Source: a virus (lineage: Duplodnaviria; Caudoviricetes). From it: DNA of 62,713 bases. Of this stretch, positions 1 to 9,964 are shown in pieces. A program made the translations under genes and the position numbers. Under the pieces are notes generated by a model. The model saw only the letters and a list, made by a program, of their open reading frames with translations. It searched no databases and was not told where the DNA came from. Location of the stretch: positions 1 through 62,713 of the IMG/VR virus record IMGVR_UViG_3300044769_000040. The stretch is one strand, 5' to 3'. How positions within the stretch are numbered: position 1 is the first letter of the stretch; every line of letters begins with the position of its first letter.

Positions 1-145
1 AGATGTTGAAGGGAACCAAGTAGTCCAGTCTCCCCTTCGGTTCCAGCGGTCGACTGATCTCATCTTGACACGGTACTTATGACGACGGTGGACACGGCGG
101 AATGTGAACTTACCGGTAGTCGGCCCATCGTCTTCATCGCTGTCC
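1..145. repeat. Terminal direct repeat (circular assembly overlap), copy 1
   Basis: nt 1-126 identical to 62569-62694; mismatches at 127, 140 and 145. Confidence 0.95.
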
Positions 146-894
146 ACGTCCTCAATGGTTCCCTTGTCGAGCAACCGCCAGGCCCCTGTTCCTCCGATCT
201 GTATCTGAGCCTTCCAGATATAGCGAGCCATGTCATCTTCTTTGTCACCACCTGGTACATCCCAGTTCTGAACGTTGTTGAATTGGACACGAGCTTCGTA
301 CTTTGTCTCCCTGGCACCGTTGTCCTTGAAGAACGACAGGTCTGTGATGACAGGTGCTGGAGGCTTTGGCAGTGCCTCCTGGAAAGGCAAGACAGGATCT
401 GTCCAAGCGGTCCAATCAGACTTCCTGTGGTGCTTGTCTTGGATACGTGCCCTACCCTGAACATACCATTGCTTTGGCTTGGGTAGGTCCTTCCAGGCGA
501 CATGTGGCTCATCATTGTCGGAGTCGAACACTTCTTTGGCGTCTATGCGTTTTGTATGAATCACCACCTTACTAGGTGGGTGCTCCGTGTCAAAGTCGTA
601 CTCCTGAGGTACACCTGCACCGTTGACAAACCTCATCTGGAAGATGTACTTATCGATGTCAGCCTGACAGGTGTTAGGAGTGAGAGGGTCACACCTCAGG
701 ATCGCCCTGAACTCAAGACGAGTCTTGACCTCGTGCACTCGGATCATAACATGCATGTTGACGGGGGGTAGAGGCTTCTCATCAGGGTCATACGGCTTCG
801 TTCGATCGAACTTGGACGAGTCCCTGCCAATCTTTCCTAGCGTCTTCTGCAGCCCTGGGGGCTGGTATTCTGACCCTACAACGGTTGTGCTCAT
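1..894 (-). CDS. Tail fibre protein, 5' part (continues across the join into 62568..61450; ~670 aa total)
   Basis: ATG at 894 overlaps upstream stop (ATGA). Manual translation MSTTVVGSEYQPP... stays open to nt 1 and runs into the MRSVDRWNRRGDW ORF. FN3-like W/Y pattern. Confidence 0.8.
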   Translation of the reverse strand, partial: MSTTVVGSEYQPPGLQKTLGKIGRDSSKFDRTKPYDPDEKPLPPVNMHVMIRVHEVKTRLEFRAILRCDPLTPNTCQADIDKYIFQMRFVNGAGVPQEYDFDTEHPPSKVVIHTKRIDAKEVFDSDNDEPHVAWKDLPKPKQWYVQGRARIQDKHHRKSDWTAWTDPVLPFQEALPKPPAPVITDLSFFKDNGARETKYEARVQFNNVQNWDVPGGDKEDDMARYIWKAQIQIGGTGAWRLLDKGTIEDVDSDEDDGPTTGKFTFRRVHRRHKYRVKMRSVDRWNRRGDWTTWFPSTS

Positions 895-2315
895 GGTGCT
901 GTCCTTTCGTCGAAGTGAATCGTTGAGACCTCAACTCCTGTCTGGTCTAGATGCACCTCATACGCAGAGATGCGGAACGTTCCACTGATATTGAAGTATC
1001 CTGCACTTGCAAGTAGCGGGAACCTATCGCCAACACTGTATGTTCCAACTACGGGTGTGGCACCTACAACGGCAAGACTGATCTGTGGCTGTCGAGTCGA
1101 CTTCTTGTGTTGGTTCAAGAATCGTGTTGTCTTCTGTACCATAGTGTTGTAGTGTTTGATGTCACCGAACTCCTCAGCAGTCTGTCGCAGACCGTAGTCT
1201 GCTAGTGCAGTGGCATCAGAAACAACGGCAATGCAGGTAGCCTTACCTTCGCCCCCACCTATACCGTGCACTTCAGAAGCCACTTCACTTGCGTCACGCA
1301 GCTGCTGGATAGTGTTCATATTGGTATCTAGTTGAAGAGTAGTACCTGAGAGAACTCCACGTCGGGGATAGTACATATGGAACACCTTGTTAGGAGCGAT
1401 GTCGAAGTCAAAGCCGCCGTTCATCTCAGCTATCTCTCGGATAACTTCACCGATGACTCGGCGTTCCCAGTATCTGTACTTGAGTGTTCGAGTCACACCT
1501 GAGTTTGCTTCCGGTCCGCGTGTGATACCAAGATTACCTTCTGTCTTGTTCTGAGTGAAGTTGATTAGCTCCCAGGCGACGTTCATCTGCTCTTGATCGC
1601 TAAACTGCTTATCCTCATCGATCAGGCGGTGGTCCAGCATGCTAGCCCAGCCACTACACGATAGCCGAACCATCATGTCGCTAGTAGACCCCTCTGCTGA
1701 CCAGAGGTAGCCTGCCCACACTAGCACCCCGTCTCGCCTAATGTAGACTTCTCTTTCCCCCTCGGTAAAGTTGGCAACTGTAGCTTCAGGCCTCCACGCA
1801 TCGATCATTATCTCAGCCCAGTTCGGCCCGTCGATTGTGAACCCGTACTGTAGGTCGTCAAACGGTACACTTGCTATGACGGTAGCTCCTCCATTCACAG
1901 TCAGTTGTGTCAACTCTACCTCGTAGAGGGGAACGCCAACGATTGGCGGCTGTGGCTTTTGTGGAATAATGGCGAAAGCAAAGTCTGTTTCTGTAGCCAT
2001 GCTGACGAACTTGCCCTTCTTGCCAAGTATGCTGAAGGCTGTGTTTGTCTCAGTTACAAGACCGATTGCCTTTGTTCGCATAGGAACGATCGGAAATGCT
2101 GTGTCCGTTTCAGTAACAAGTTTGATGCCTGGAAATGATGTCGCTTCGTTCGTCTCAGTCGCTAGACCTAAGACGACGGTGTGGCCAGGTGCAACAGAGA
2201 AGGCCGTGTTTGTTTCTGTAGCCATTCCCAACAAGACAATAGTGGCGGTTGTTGTCTTAGGGCCAGGATGGATGAAGATTGCCTGCTTTCGTTTGGCTCG
2301 TCCTAGGCGTGCCAT
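891..2315 (-). CDS. Minor tail protein (siphovirus Gp37/Tal-like) with N-terminal TET repeats
   Basis: Downstream of Dit; VYIRRDGVLVWAGYLW and YYPRRG motifs typical of actinophage minor tail proteins. Confidence 0.75.
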   Translation of the reverse strand: MARLGRAKRKQAIFIHPGPKTTTATIVLLGMATETNTAFSVAPGHTVVLGLATETNEATSFPGIKLVTETDTAFPIVPMRTKAIGLVTETNTAFSILGKKGKFVSMATETDFAFAIIPQKPQPPIVGVPLYEVELTQLTVNGGATVIASVPFDDLQYGFTIDGPNWAEIMIDAWRPEATVANFTEGEREVYIRRDGVLVWAGYLWSAEGSTSDMMVRLSCSGWASMLDHRLIDEDKQFSDQEQMNVAWELINFTQNKTEGNLGITRGPEANSGVTRTLKYRYWERRVIGEVIREIAEMNGGFDFDIAPNKVFHMYYPRRGVLSGTTLQLDTNMNTIQQLRDASEVASEVHGIGGGEGKATCIAVVSDATALADYGLRQTAEEFGDIKHYNTMVQKTTRFLNQHKKSTRQPQISLAVVGATPVVGTYSVGDRFPLLASAGYFNISGTFRISAYEVHLDQTGVEVSTIHFDERTAP

Positions 2316-2316
2316 C

Positions 2317-5262
2317 TTACCACCTTGAAGCTCTGTGGAGAGCCTTCGGCTTTACTACGTGGATGGTGGGAGGTTTGACTTCGTAGAAAGACATGTAGGC
2401 AGAACCTACAAAGGCTCCGACCGGATTTGCACGGTTGATGATGTCGCCTGTACTTCCGATGACGGCTTCGAAGATTTTATACGCAACTGTTAGTACCAGA
2501 TCGCTTCCTGCTGTGTTTCGCCATTGTGTCACAGAACCAGGATTTATCCAACCTGCGGATTGAAGGGAAAACGTATGCAGAACGTCCCGGTGCCATTCTG
2601 TAAGAGCAACAGTTTGATATCTTCGAGTGGTCTGGGTAGGGAAGGGACAGTCACCGTTTACATCATCGTCAATGAAGGTGAAGATCTGATCTTCAGCTGC
2701 CCACTCTAGTGACTGAAATGAGGGACGGAAAACAAACATGGCACCTGTGATGGCATCTGCCGAGCCACGATTTGAATCAAGTAGAAGATCCGATGACGAA
2801 GGCATAAAGAACGTCTGAGAGCTGCCAGGGGCAAAACTGATTGCGTCAATAAAGTGCTCTTCGCTTGTAGCCGGTGCGTTTACGATAGCCCTCACAGAAG
2901 CGTATCGTGCCTCAGTGGGTGCTATAGCTGTAATGAAGGCCTTTGTGTAACTGCCCGACACATCAGTAACACTGCTGCCGAGATCAAGAGTTAGGAAGTT
3001 TCCGTTGGCATCAAACCACGCAATTGAGGCGAAACAAGTACGGCTTGTCACCGCAGTACGAAAGTGGATGATTCCAGTGTATGTACGACCCGCCTTGACT
3101 CGGAGGCCCGATAACCCCTCGGACGTAGCCGCATCCATTTCAGCTTCGACACCGCTCGTACAGGTCAGGCGAAGTACGTTCGCTCCATTCACCGCGAGGC
3201 CATCTGCGACTCTCGCAATGGTAGAGTTGAACTGTGCAATCCAACCAGTTGTGTCAGTCTCAAGGCTGGCTTGATTCGCAGTGAGCCACTGTCCACGCCA
3301 TGTCCCATCGAAGGTACATGCCCAGCGCTGCAGTGTACATCCGGAGCCTAAAACCTGACCTCCGATAGCATCCCATTCCTGACCACCTCCATTTTCAATT
3401 GCCCAGTTGACAAGGCCGGTCCCTTCTCGGAAGAGACCCATCGTCATAACGAGGTCACCAGCGAGCATCGATGCAGGAGGAGTCAGGGTAACGGTTTCTG
3501 CACTTAGTGAACCATTATCTGCAGGGTTCACTGTGAGACCGAAGAACGACGTTGCTCCAGACGGTGGGGGCGGTGGTGGTACGGTTCCTGCGACCGTCCA
3601 ATCGACATACTTGATTGTGCCGCTGCCTTCACCGCCGCCACCATCGTTGATGAAGACGGCCATGACGAGTGCACCGCCGTTAGCAACCGAGTGCTGGAAC
3701 ACATTGCTAATGATCGCATCGACCGACACTACTGCATCGAACTTCTGCACGTCAGTTCCGTATGCTGAGCCGTCCTGACTTATGTCGTACCACAAGTTGA
3801 GGTTTGTGAGGTCGGAGTAGGCGGCATGGATGTCAACATCCCAGACAGCGATGGACGCGGTCGGAGCGCCCGACCCCGCTCGGTTGTTCGGAATACTGAC
3901 GTCTGAGATCTGGCGCTCAGTCTGAAGTACCCCTCCTATGATCCGACGCTCCCACATTGCGTTGCTGCGTCGGTAGAACGCAACGATGACTTCGACGCCG
4001 TTGTCATCGAAGTAGTACGCCTGCGGGACCGCCTTCTCCGAAGGAGCCGTTCCGGTCGCATTGAATTGCGTCCTACCAGAGAGCGAGCCGCCACTCGTAA
4101 GCGTTTTGTAGTAGAGCAGGTCGTTCGTGTCGTCGTGGTAGATGATGTACGCGAGGTCGCTCGCTCCTATCACCACGATGGCCGACGACCAGTATATAGA
4201 CGCAGTCGTGTCGAGGATGGTCTCAGCGGACCACACACCGCCGGTGTCGCGCACGCGATACCCTTGTCGGCTGAAGCCACCCGACGGATCGGTCGTGTAC
4301 GTGCAGACGATCGAGCCGTCCGAGCGAACGCCGAGCGAGACGTCCTGGTCAGTCGGGCTCACCGACGCCGTGTGGATCACCTGGGCACTGACACCCCAGG
4401 TATCTGGTGACCCGTGGTCGGACGTTCTGAACGTGTGGTACCTAACGGTGCCGCTCCCGGTGAAAGTAGTGATGTGCAGCGTGTTCCCGACCTGCTCCAT
4501 GTCACCGGCCTCGAAGTCGTCAACGGGCGGTCTGTTCGCTTCGTCCATGATGGTCCACTGCTTGCCCCCGTCCGTAGACTTGAGCATCGCTATCTCATCT
4601 GCGACACCCATCGTGCCATACTCTCCGAGGTAATACAGGTTGCCGTTCGTGTCCTTGTATGGTCCCAGGCGTTTCGGGGTCTCGCACATAGACCCGCCGA
4701 TGAGCCCATCGGGCACATTCAGCGTGATGAGCGGAATCACGTACGTCCCTGCGAACACAGTTCCGCCTGATTCAACAATCCGGTACTCGAACGTGTCACC
4801 ATCCACGTTGCGGCCACGTATCGTACCGTTGTTCCACATCACGCGTATCCGGATAGTCCACTCGTATTCAGTGTGCTGGTTGTTGATTGTGACTGCTGGT
4901 GTCAAGTTGTCCTCAAGCCCTACTCCTGCGGTGAACGCCAATCCAGATCCAACGAGCAGGTTCGTGGTTGCGTCGTTGTCGACGTACAACGCCGAGGCGA
5001 CGATCTCGGTGGTGCCCATCGATGTCGGAGGTACGACCGCATTGACCGGCACGTCGGTCCAGGTCCCACCATTTCGGCGGTACTGAAGCTTGAACGTCTT
5101 CGAACCTTCATTTATTGTCGATGCAACTTCAAACCGGATACGGAAGAGTTTCTCAGCGTCAATGGTTACATTTGTATCGAGTGCTCCTGCCCAGCCAGCA
5201 TCAACGTTCAGACCTTGAGTGTCGTCTGAACGCACACGGAAATGTGGTTGGTCAAGAGCCAT
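2317..5262 (-). CDS. Large tail-tip / receptor-binding protein (Asp-box propeller-like region plus CBM-like domain)
   Basis: 981 aa; KSTDGGKQW Asp-box; poly-Pro linker; NQASLETDTTGW...FIDAISF CBM-like segment; tail module position. Confidence 0.65.
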   Translation of the reverse strand: MALDQPHFRVRSDDTQGLNVDAGWAGALDTNVTIDAEKLFRIRFEVASTINEGSKTFKLQYRRNGGTWTDVPVNAVVPPTSMGTTEIVASALYVDNDATTNLLVGSGLAFTAGVGLEDNLTPAVTINNQHTEYEWTIRIRVMWNNGTIRGRNVDGDTFEYRIVESGGTVFAGTYVIPLITLNVPDGLIGGSMCETPKRLGPYKDTNGNLYYLGEYGTMGVADEIAMLKSTDGGKQWTIMDEANRPPVDDFEAGDMEQVGNTLHITTFTGSGTVRYHTFRTSDHGSPDTWGVSAQVIHTASVSPTDQDVSLGVRSDGSIVCTYTTDPSGGFSRQGYRVRDTGGVWSAETILDTTASIYWSSAIVVIGASDLAYIIYHDDTNDLLYYKTLTSGGSLSGRTQFNATGTAPSEKAVPQAYYFDDNGVEVIVAFYRRSNAMWERRIIGGVLQTERQISDVSIPNNRAGSGAPTASIAVWDVDIHAAYSDLTNLNLWYDISQDGSAYGTDVQKFDAVVSVDAIISNVFQHSVANGGALVMAVFINDGGGGEGSGTIKYVDWTVAGTVPPPPPPSGATSFFGLTVNPADNGSLSAETVTLTPPASMLAGDLVMTMGLFREGTGLVNWAIENGGGQEWDAIGGQVLGSGCTLQRWACTFDGTWRGQWLTANQASLETDTTGWIAQFNSTIARVADGLAVNGANVLRLTCTSGVEAEMDAATSEGLSGLRVKAGRTYTGIIHFRTAVTSRTCFASIAWFDANGNFLTLDLGSSVTDVSGSYTKAFITAIAPTEARYASVRAIVNAPATSEEHFIDAISFAPGSSQTFFMPSSSDLLLDSNRGSADAITGAMFVFRPSFQSLEWAAEDQIFTFIDDDVNGDCPFPTQTTRRYQTVALTEWHRDVLHTFSLQSAGWINPGSVTQWRNTAGSDLVLTVAYKIFEAVIGSTGDIINRANPVGAFVGSAYMSFYEVKPPTIHVVKPKALHRASRW

Positions 5263-5276
5263 AGTGGTCCCTTACA

Positions 5277-5732
5277 TCATCCGTCGAACAGCTTCGTATT
5301 GGACGTATTGTAGATGGCAGGATCGCCTGCGACCAACTCAACGATCCACAGGGCCGCGCCGATGTTATAGTCCCTGTCCACGTTGATGGTTCGACGAGTC
5401 GGCTTACACTTGATCCGCCGATCAGAACCAGTTCCCAATCGGTAGTCCAAGTCTAAGTCGGTACCCTGGTTATCAAACGCTGTCCGCCAGGAGTTGATGA
5501 GTGCCTCCAGATCGTTTGGACTGCCACTGGTTGGGATGATATCACCATTGATGATGACGTGGCGCTCTGCATAGAAGGCGGCAAACGTGAAGGACCCGTC
5601 TGCCGCAACCTTCGGACGAACATCTGCTTTCGCCTCAGGAGGCTCTAGGCCCGTAATCGACAGAACTCCAATCTGAAGGTCGGCCCCGAAGACGAGACCG
5701 TTATACGACAGCTCCCAAGGGTTTAGTGGCAT
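5277..5732 (-). CDS. Distal tail (Dit-like) protein
   Basis: 151 aa directly after tape measure; ELVAGDPAIY end motif. Confidence 0.7.
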   Translation of the reverse strand: MPLNPWELSYNGLVFGADLQIGVLSITGLEPPEAKADVRPKVAADGSFTFAAFYAERHVIINGDIIPTSGSPNDLEALINSWRTAFDNQGTDLDLDYRLGTGSDRRIKCKPTRRTINVDRDYNIGAALWIVELVAGDPAIYNTSNTKLFDG

Positions 5733-5733
5733 C

Positions 5734-8340
5734 TCACATCCATTGTGCCGACCTTATGACCCAGTCAACCTCACGCATCAAGTCTTTGTTGTCTATGTTC
5801 GCCTTGTTAGGTGTGACGGTGACGTTGATGTTAGGCCTATCTGGAGACGGCCCCGGATTTCCACCACCGGTGTTACTACCACCGCCACCTCCTCCGCGTT
5901 TAGGAATGTGACGCCCGTGACCCCCACCGACAGGAGCGGCATTGACAGCTTCATTGAAGGCTCGCTGTGCTCCAGCCGCAGCAGCTAGCTTCTGAGCCAT
6001 TAGTGATGCCTGCTCTGCATATGCATTAGCAGGGGAAATCAGGTTCTTGAGAGGTCCGAGAGTTTCATTGAGAGAGCGGTTCAGAGCTTTCTGAGCCAGA
6101 ACATGAGCTCGGACCTTCTGCGCCATGTCCTCTGCTCTTTCTGCTGCTGCTTGTTCAGGTGTTGCCAGGTTCCTGAGTACGCCGAGATGCTCACCTTGTA
6201 GTCTATTCAGGATCTTTATAGCACCATTTAGATCACCCACGGCTGCTAGGTTCAGAACCTGCTTCAGGGTCAGATCACTTACGTGGCCTCTGAGGAGCTC
6301 GACTCCCCTGGCCTCTCGCATGAGCACCTCTGTCTGCTTCCTATTGAGACCAGTGTTCCATATCAGAGTCTGACCGAACGTTCGTAGTCTGTCATCCCCC
6401 TCAGCTATCCCGTCAGCCCAGTCAAATAGATTCTGTCGTTGTCGATCGAGGTGTTCTGCGTTTCGGTCGAAGGCGTCTTCGATGCCCTGCATCTCGCCCT
6501 TCCAACGAGCATATTCAGGAAACTCCCAGAACTTGAGTCGATCCCAGAAGGAGAGCTCCTGAAGTCGGTTGTTGAGTGTGTTGAACCTTTCTGTCGCTTT
6601 GGTTATCGCTTGCTCACTTCCGGTCTTTAGCATCTGGAAGAACGCCTGGCCCTTCTCCCGTCCCTCACGGAAGGCGTTCACGACTTCGAGTATGCCAAGC
6701 GCGAGTGCTACCCAACCGAGCCTCCTGAGTACCATCCCCAGACCAGACATAATACCCTTGAAGGTGAGAGCTGCAGTTCCCACTGTTTGAAAACTGACAA
6801 CAAGGTTGATAAGGCGAGCACCAACGTTGATGGCAAGCGTCCTACCCAGAGTCACAAGGGCAACCGTAAGCGCTGCAATTGCAAGAAGCGCAACATGTTT
6901 GATTGTACCCCAGTTACGAATCCACCAGTCTTTGAGCTCATCCCAGTGAGTGAAGATCAGGATGGCTGCACCAATAAGTGCAGCTGCTATGAGACCTCCA
7001 GCGAGACCGAGGCCTCCAAGGATCTTGATGAAGCCAAGTACACCGATGCCTGCGAACTTGAGTAGCGAGGCAAATAGGAGTATGCCTCCACCGATCTTGG
7101 CAATCGCTCCGAAGAACACAGCGAGTGCTCCGACAGCAAGAAGGATCTTGACTATCAATTCCTTGGTACCCTGATCCCACCCATCGATCCAGTCGAGTAC
7201 ACGCTTTCCGACCTTGACAAGGTCAAGGATCACGGGAAGGAAGAGGTTTCGTAGGTCACGACGCAATGAGTCCCACTTGTTCCGGAGTATCTCGATCTGA
7301 ACTGCGGGAGTCTTGCGCATGATGTCCCAGGCGCCCTTGAAGTAACCTACGAGGTCCTTTCGTGTCAGGGCATCGATGTTATGAGTCAGCGCCTTGAACT
7401 GAGGAACGGCTAGCCTGAAGAACCTGTTTGCCTGAATTGAACCCGCACCGAACATATCCTCGAATGCGTCAACCTGTTCCTGAGTCGTCATGTCCTTCAT
7501 TGCCAGACCCATGTCTGTAATAATGTCACCGAGTTGTCGGAAGTTGCCAGTTGCCTTGTCGAAGGTTTGTACACCAAGGACTTTTTGAACATCCTGGTAG
7601 TGCCTTGACAGTTGGTCAAGTGCCCTCGAGACAGAGATAGTTGCCTGAGCCTGAGTTCTGCCTCGCTTAGTTAGGAAGTCGACTGCACCAGCCGTAGTCT
7701 GTAAGGACTGGTCCATTGACTTAGCTGCAGAGACGACGTTGCCCCAGGCCGAGATCAGCTCTTCAAATGTACCGGTCGACTGCTGCACCTGCTTGAACAG
7801 AAGGTCCAAGATGTTCCGTGTGTCATCGGCCTCCAGACCGAAGGCGTTCATGATCTGGATGACGCCCCGGGTAGTGGTACGAACATCAGTTCCACCTGCT
7901 GTTGCCGCTTTCGAGAAGAGCTCTACCATGCTGATGGCGTCTTTGTAGTTGACCTCGACGCTCGAGAAGATGTCGAACAGACCTTCGGCTACCTCAGTCG
8001 AGGAGACTGCAACATCTCCCATGACGTCATTAGCAGCTTCTTGGAACTTCCTCAGTTGTGTCTCACCGAGTCGTGCCTGTGTTTGCACAAGACTCATGCT
8101 CTTGTCGAACTCGATGCCTAACCGAGCGGTGTCCCCTACAGCATCGAAGATGGCCATGCCGAACCTTGTGAGCATGCCGCCTGCTTTTTGCAACGCAAGG
8201 CCGAGAGCAAAGACCTGGTAACCGGCAAAGCGACTTTGGGTCCCTACGGCCCCAACCGCGTTACCAACGCCTTGGATAGCCTGAGAGGCCTGGTCACGTG
8301 CCTGAATGACCAGAAGCCACTCCCTCATGCCCATAGGCAT
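5734..8340 (-). CDS. Tape measure protein
   Basis: 868 aa, Ala/helix-rich, TP901-like core (EFDKSMSLV...AEGLF), hydrophobic central segment, follows chaperones. Confidence 0.92.
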   Translation of the reverse strand: MPMGMREWLLVIQARDQASQAIQGVGNAVGAVGTQSRFAGYQVFALGLALQKAGGMLTRFGMAIFDAVGDTARLGIEFDKSMSLVQTQARLGETQLRKFQEAANDVMGDVAVSSTEVAEGLFDIFSSVEVNYKDAISMVELFSKAATAGGTDVRTTTRGVIQIMNAFGLEADDTRNILDLLFKQVQQSTGTFEELISAWGNVVSAAKSMDQSLQTTAGAVDFLTKRGRTQAQATISVSRALDQLSRHYQDVQKVLGVQTFDKATGNFRQLGDIITDMGLAMKDMTTQEQVDAFEDMFGAGSIQANRFFRLAVPQFKALTHNIDALTRKDLVGYFKGAWDIMRKTPAVQIEILRNKWDSLRRDLRNLFLPVILDLVKVGKRVLDWIDGWDQGTKELIVKILLAVGALAVFFGAIAKIGGGILLFASLLKFAGIGVLGFIKILGGLGLAGGLIAAALIGAAILIFTHWDELKDWWIRNWGTIKHVALLAIAALTVALVTLGRTLAINVGARLINLVVSFQTVGTAALTFKGIMSGLGMVLRRLGWVALALGILEVVNAFREGREKGQAFFQMLKTGSEQAITKATERFNTLNNRLQELSFWDRLKFWEFPEYARWKGEMQGIEDAFDRNAEHLDRQRQNLFDWADGIAEGDDRLRTFGQTLIWNTGLNRKQTEVLMREARGVELLRGHVSDLTLKQVLNLAAVGDLNGAIKILNRLQGEHLGVLRNLATPEQAAAERAEDMAQKVRAHVLAQKALNRSLNETLGPLKNLISPANAYAEQASLMAQKLAAAAGAQRAFNEAVNAAPVGGGHGRHIPKRGGGGGGSNTGGGNPGPSPDRPNINVTVTPNKANIDNKDLMREVDWVIRSAQWM

Positions 8341-8357
8341 GTTACGAAGCCTCCTCG

Positions 8358-8621
8358 CTAACGCGTCGCATAGGCAGCTGCCTTCTTCTTTGCTCTAGCA
8401 GCACTTTCTTCTCGCTCCATCTGCATCTTCTGGGCCATCTGTTGAGCCTCTGCAACTATCTGCAGTCGCCTGACCCAAAGCGGGTCTTGATCGAAAAGCC
8501 CTCCAGCAGCCGGCAAGATGTTCATCGTTAGGCACATTCCTGCGACCTCGATGATTGTAGCTATGTCTGGGTCTTCGATCCGTTTTCCGTGTCCGAGGGC
8601 AAGCCAGACTTGACGGGTAAA
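8358..8621 (-). CDS. Tail assembly chaperone frameshift extension (gpT-like)
   Basis: -1 frame after slippery C CCT TTA (8624-8618) is open to TAG at 8358: FTRQVWLALG...LPAAGGLFDQDP... Confidence 0.75.
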   Translation of the reverse strand, partial: FTRQVWLALGHGKRIEDPDIATIIEVAGMCLTMNILPAAGGLFDQDPLWVRRLQIVAEAQQMAQKMQMEREESAARAKKKAAAYATR

Positions 8622-8983
8622 GGGGTCTCATCATCCGGCAGGTTCAGTTCAGTGATGTACCCTTCAATCTCCAAGGCGATCTTCGGATCGAGTTTGCTGA
8701 TGTCATTACGGTCCATCAGGTTGAGCTTACGACCCCCATCGTCTTCAAGGTTGTGCTCGATGACCATGTGAGAGAACTCGTACACGCGAACCTCTTCCTG
8801 CGACAGGTCGAGCTTCATGTCAATCGAGTCGGAGTCCCTCTTGAAAGGAGCAGTAACTCCCATCCCAAGGTTCCGACGCGCAAGCATCTCTCCATAGTTG
8901 AGCTTCCGGAGTACAACGTACCCCTCCGGAAGCTCTTTGAGGTTGAACTTCTGGCCCTGCTTACTTGCAGTTGCTTTTGGCAT
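8561..8983 (-). CDS. Tail assembly chaperone (gpG-like)
   Basis: 140 aa between tail tube and TMP, with slippery site near 3' end. Confidence 0.8.
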   Translation of the reverse strand: MPKATASKQGQKFNLKELPEGYVVLRKLNYGEMLARRNLGMGVTAPFKRDSDSIDMKLDLSQEEVRVYEFSHMVIEHNLEDDGGRKLNLMDRNDISKLDPKIALEIEGYITELNLPDDETPLPVKSGLPSDTENGSKTQT

Positions 8984-9013
8984 GCCCCTCTCCTTTCTGC
9001 ATGCCCACCAGTA

Positions 9014-9964
9014 TCACGTGATGCTGATTGCAGTCTTGACAACGATCGTGTAAGCGTCTGTTACCAAGGCAATGCTGTGCATGTTGATCGATGCACGAAG
9101 GATGTCACCGAAGCCCGACAGCGACACAGGGTACGTGTCAACGACACAGTTGTTCAGTTTGATCGACACTTCATCGCTGGATGCGTTGTTACTTCCCAAG
9201 ACCTCCAGGACCTGGATGGTCTGGTTCTTGTAGACGTTGTAGTCAGTCGCGTTGTCGAAGTCCATGTCGTACGATGCAGTAACCTCTCGCTCACCCCAAG
9301 TAATGTAGGCAGCTCCACGAGTCCCATTCAAACGGTTCGCTGCAGTTCCGTTGTCATTGATCGTGATATTGAATGTGTCAACGTCGGGGCGTGGCGTCGC
9401 ATCTGGGAACTCCAGAATGACCTTCCCAGGTGCATATGGAGTCGACGTAGGCCAAGTCGGAGTCAGCGTGGATTGCACAGCCTCATCGGACCCGACCACT
9501 GAGAACGTCCCGATCATGACGCCACTATCGACGGTGAACACCATCTGGGTGACAGAGCACCCAACGTAGCCGAATACAACACCGCTTCGCTGGCAGGAGA
9601 TCGACAGTGTCTTCCGAACCGTAGCACCTGCACCTGTCGATGTCTTCGCAACACCAACCGGAGTGAAGGTGTACGTATACGGACCTGCACCTGTCTTGAC
9701 GATTGCCACTCGAGCTGAATACAGCCAACGTAGGAGTTGGTCTGCCGTCAGCTCGAACTCAACATCGCCCTCGACGTGCTTGTAACCCTGCAGAGCACCT
9801 GTTCGGTCAGCTGTTCCTCGAATGTTCAGCCGGTAGTACTTGTCCTCCATGAGCTCCAGAGTCTCACTCCGAAGAGGAATGAAGTCGGTCGGGGCGAGAT
9901 AGGTGTTTTGGGTCGTCTCGAAGGCAACACCAACTACACCTTGACCAGCAACCTCAAGGGTCAA
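9014..9964 (-). CDS. Major tail tube protein
   Basis: 316 aa; GVAFETT start, YTYTFTP motif; synteny. Confidence 0.85.
   Translation of the reverse strand: MTLEVAGQGVVGVAFETTQNTYLAPTDFIPLRSETLELMEDKYYRLNIRGTADRTGALQGYKHVEGDVEFELTADQLLRWLYSARVAIVKTGAGPYTYTFTPVGVAKTSTGAGATVRKTLSISCQRSGVVFGYVGCSVTQMVFTVDSGVMIGTFSVVGSDEAVQSTLTPTWPTSTPYAPGKVILEFPDATPRPDVDTFNITINDNGTAANRLNGTRGAAYITWGEREVTASYDMDFDNATDYNVYKNQTIQVLEVLGSNNASSDEVSIKLNNCVVDTYPVSLSGFGDILRASINMHSIALVTDAYTIVVKTAISIT

Noticed and set aside
1-145. Diversity-generating retroelement TR/VR pair suggested by the mismatched repeat in a tail fibre gene
   Set aside because: No reverse transcriptase gene is visible, the copies are the contig ends, and one of the three differences is not at an adenine
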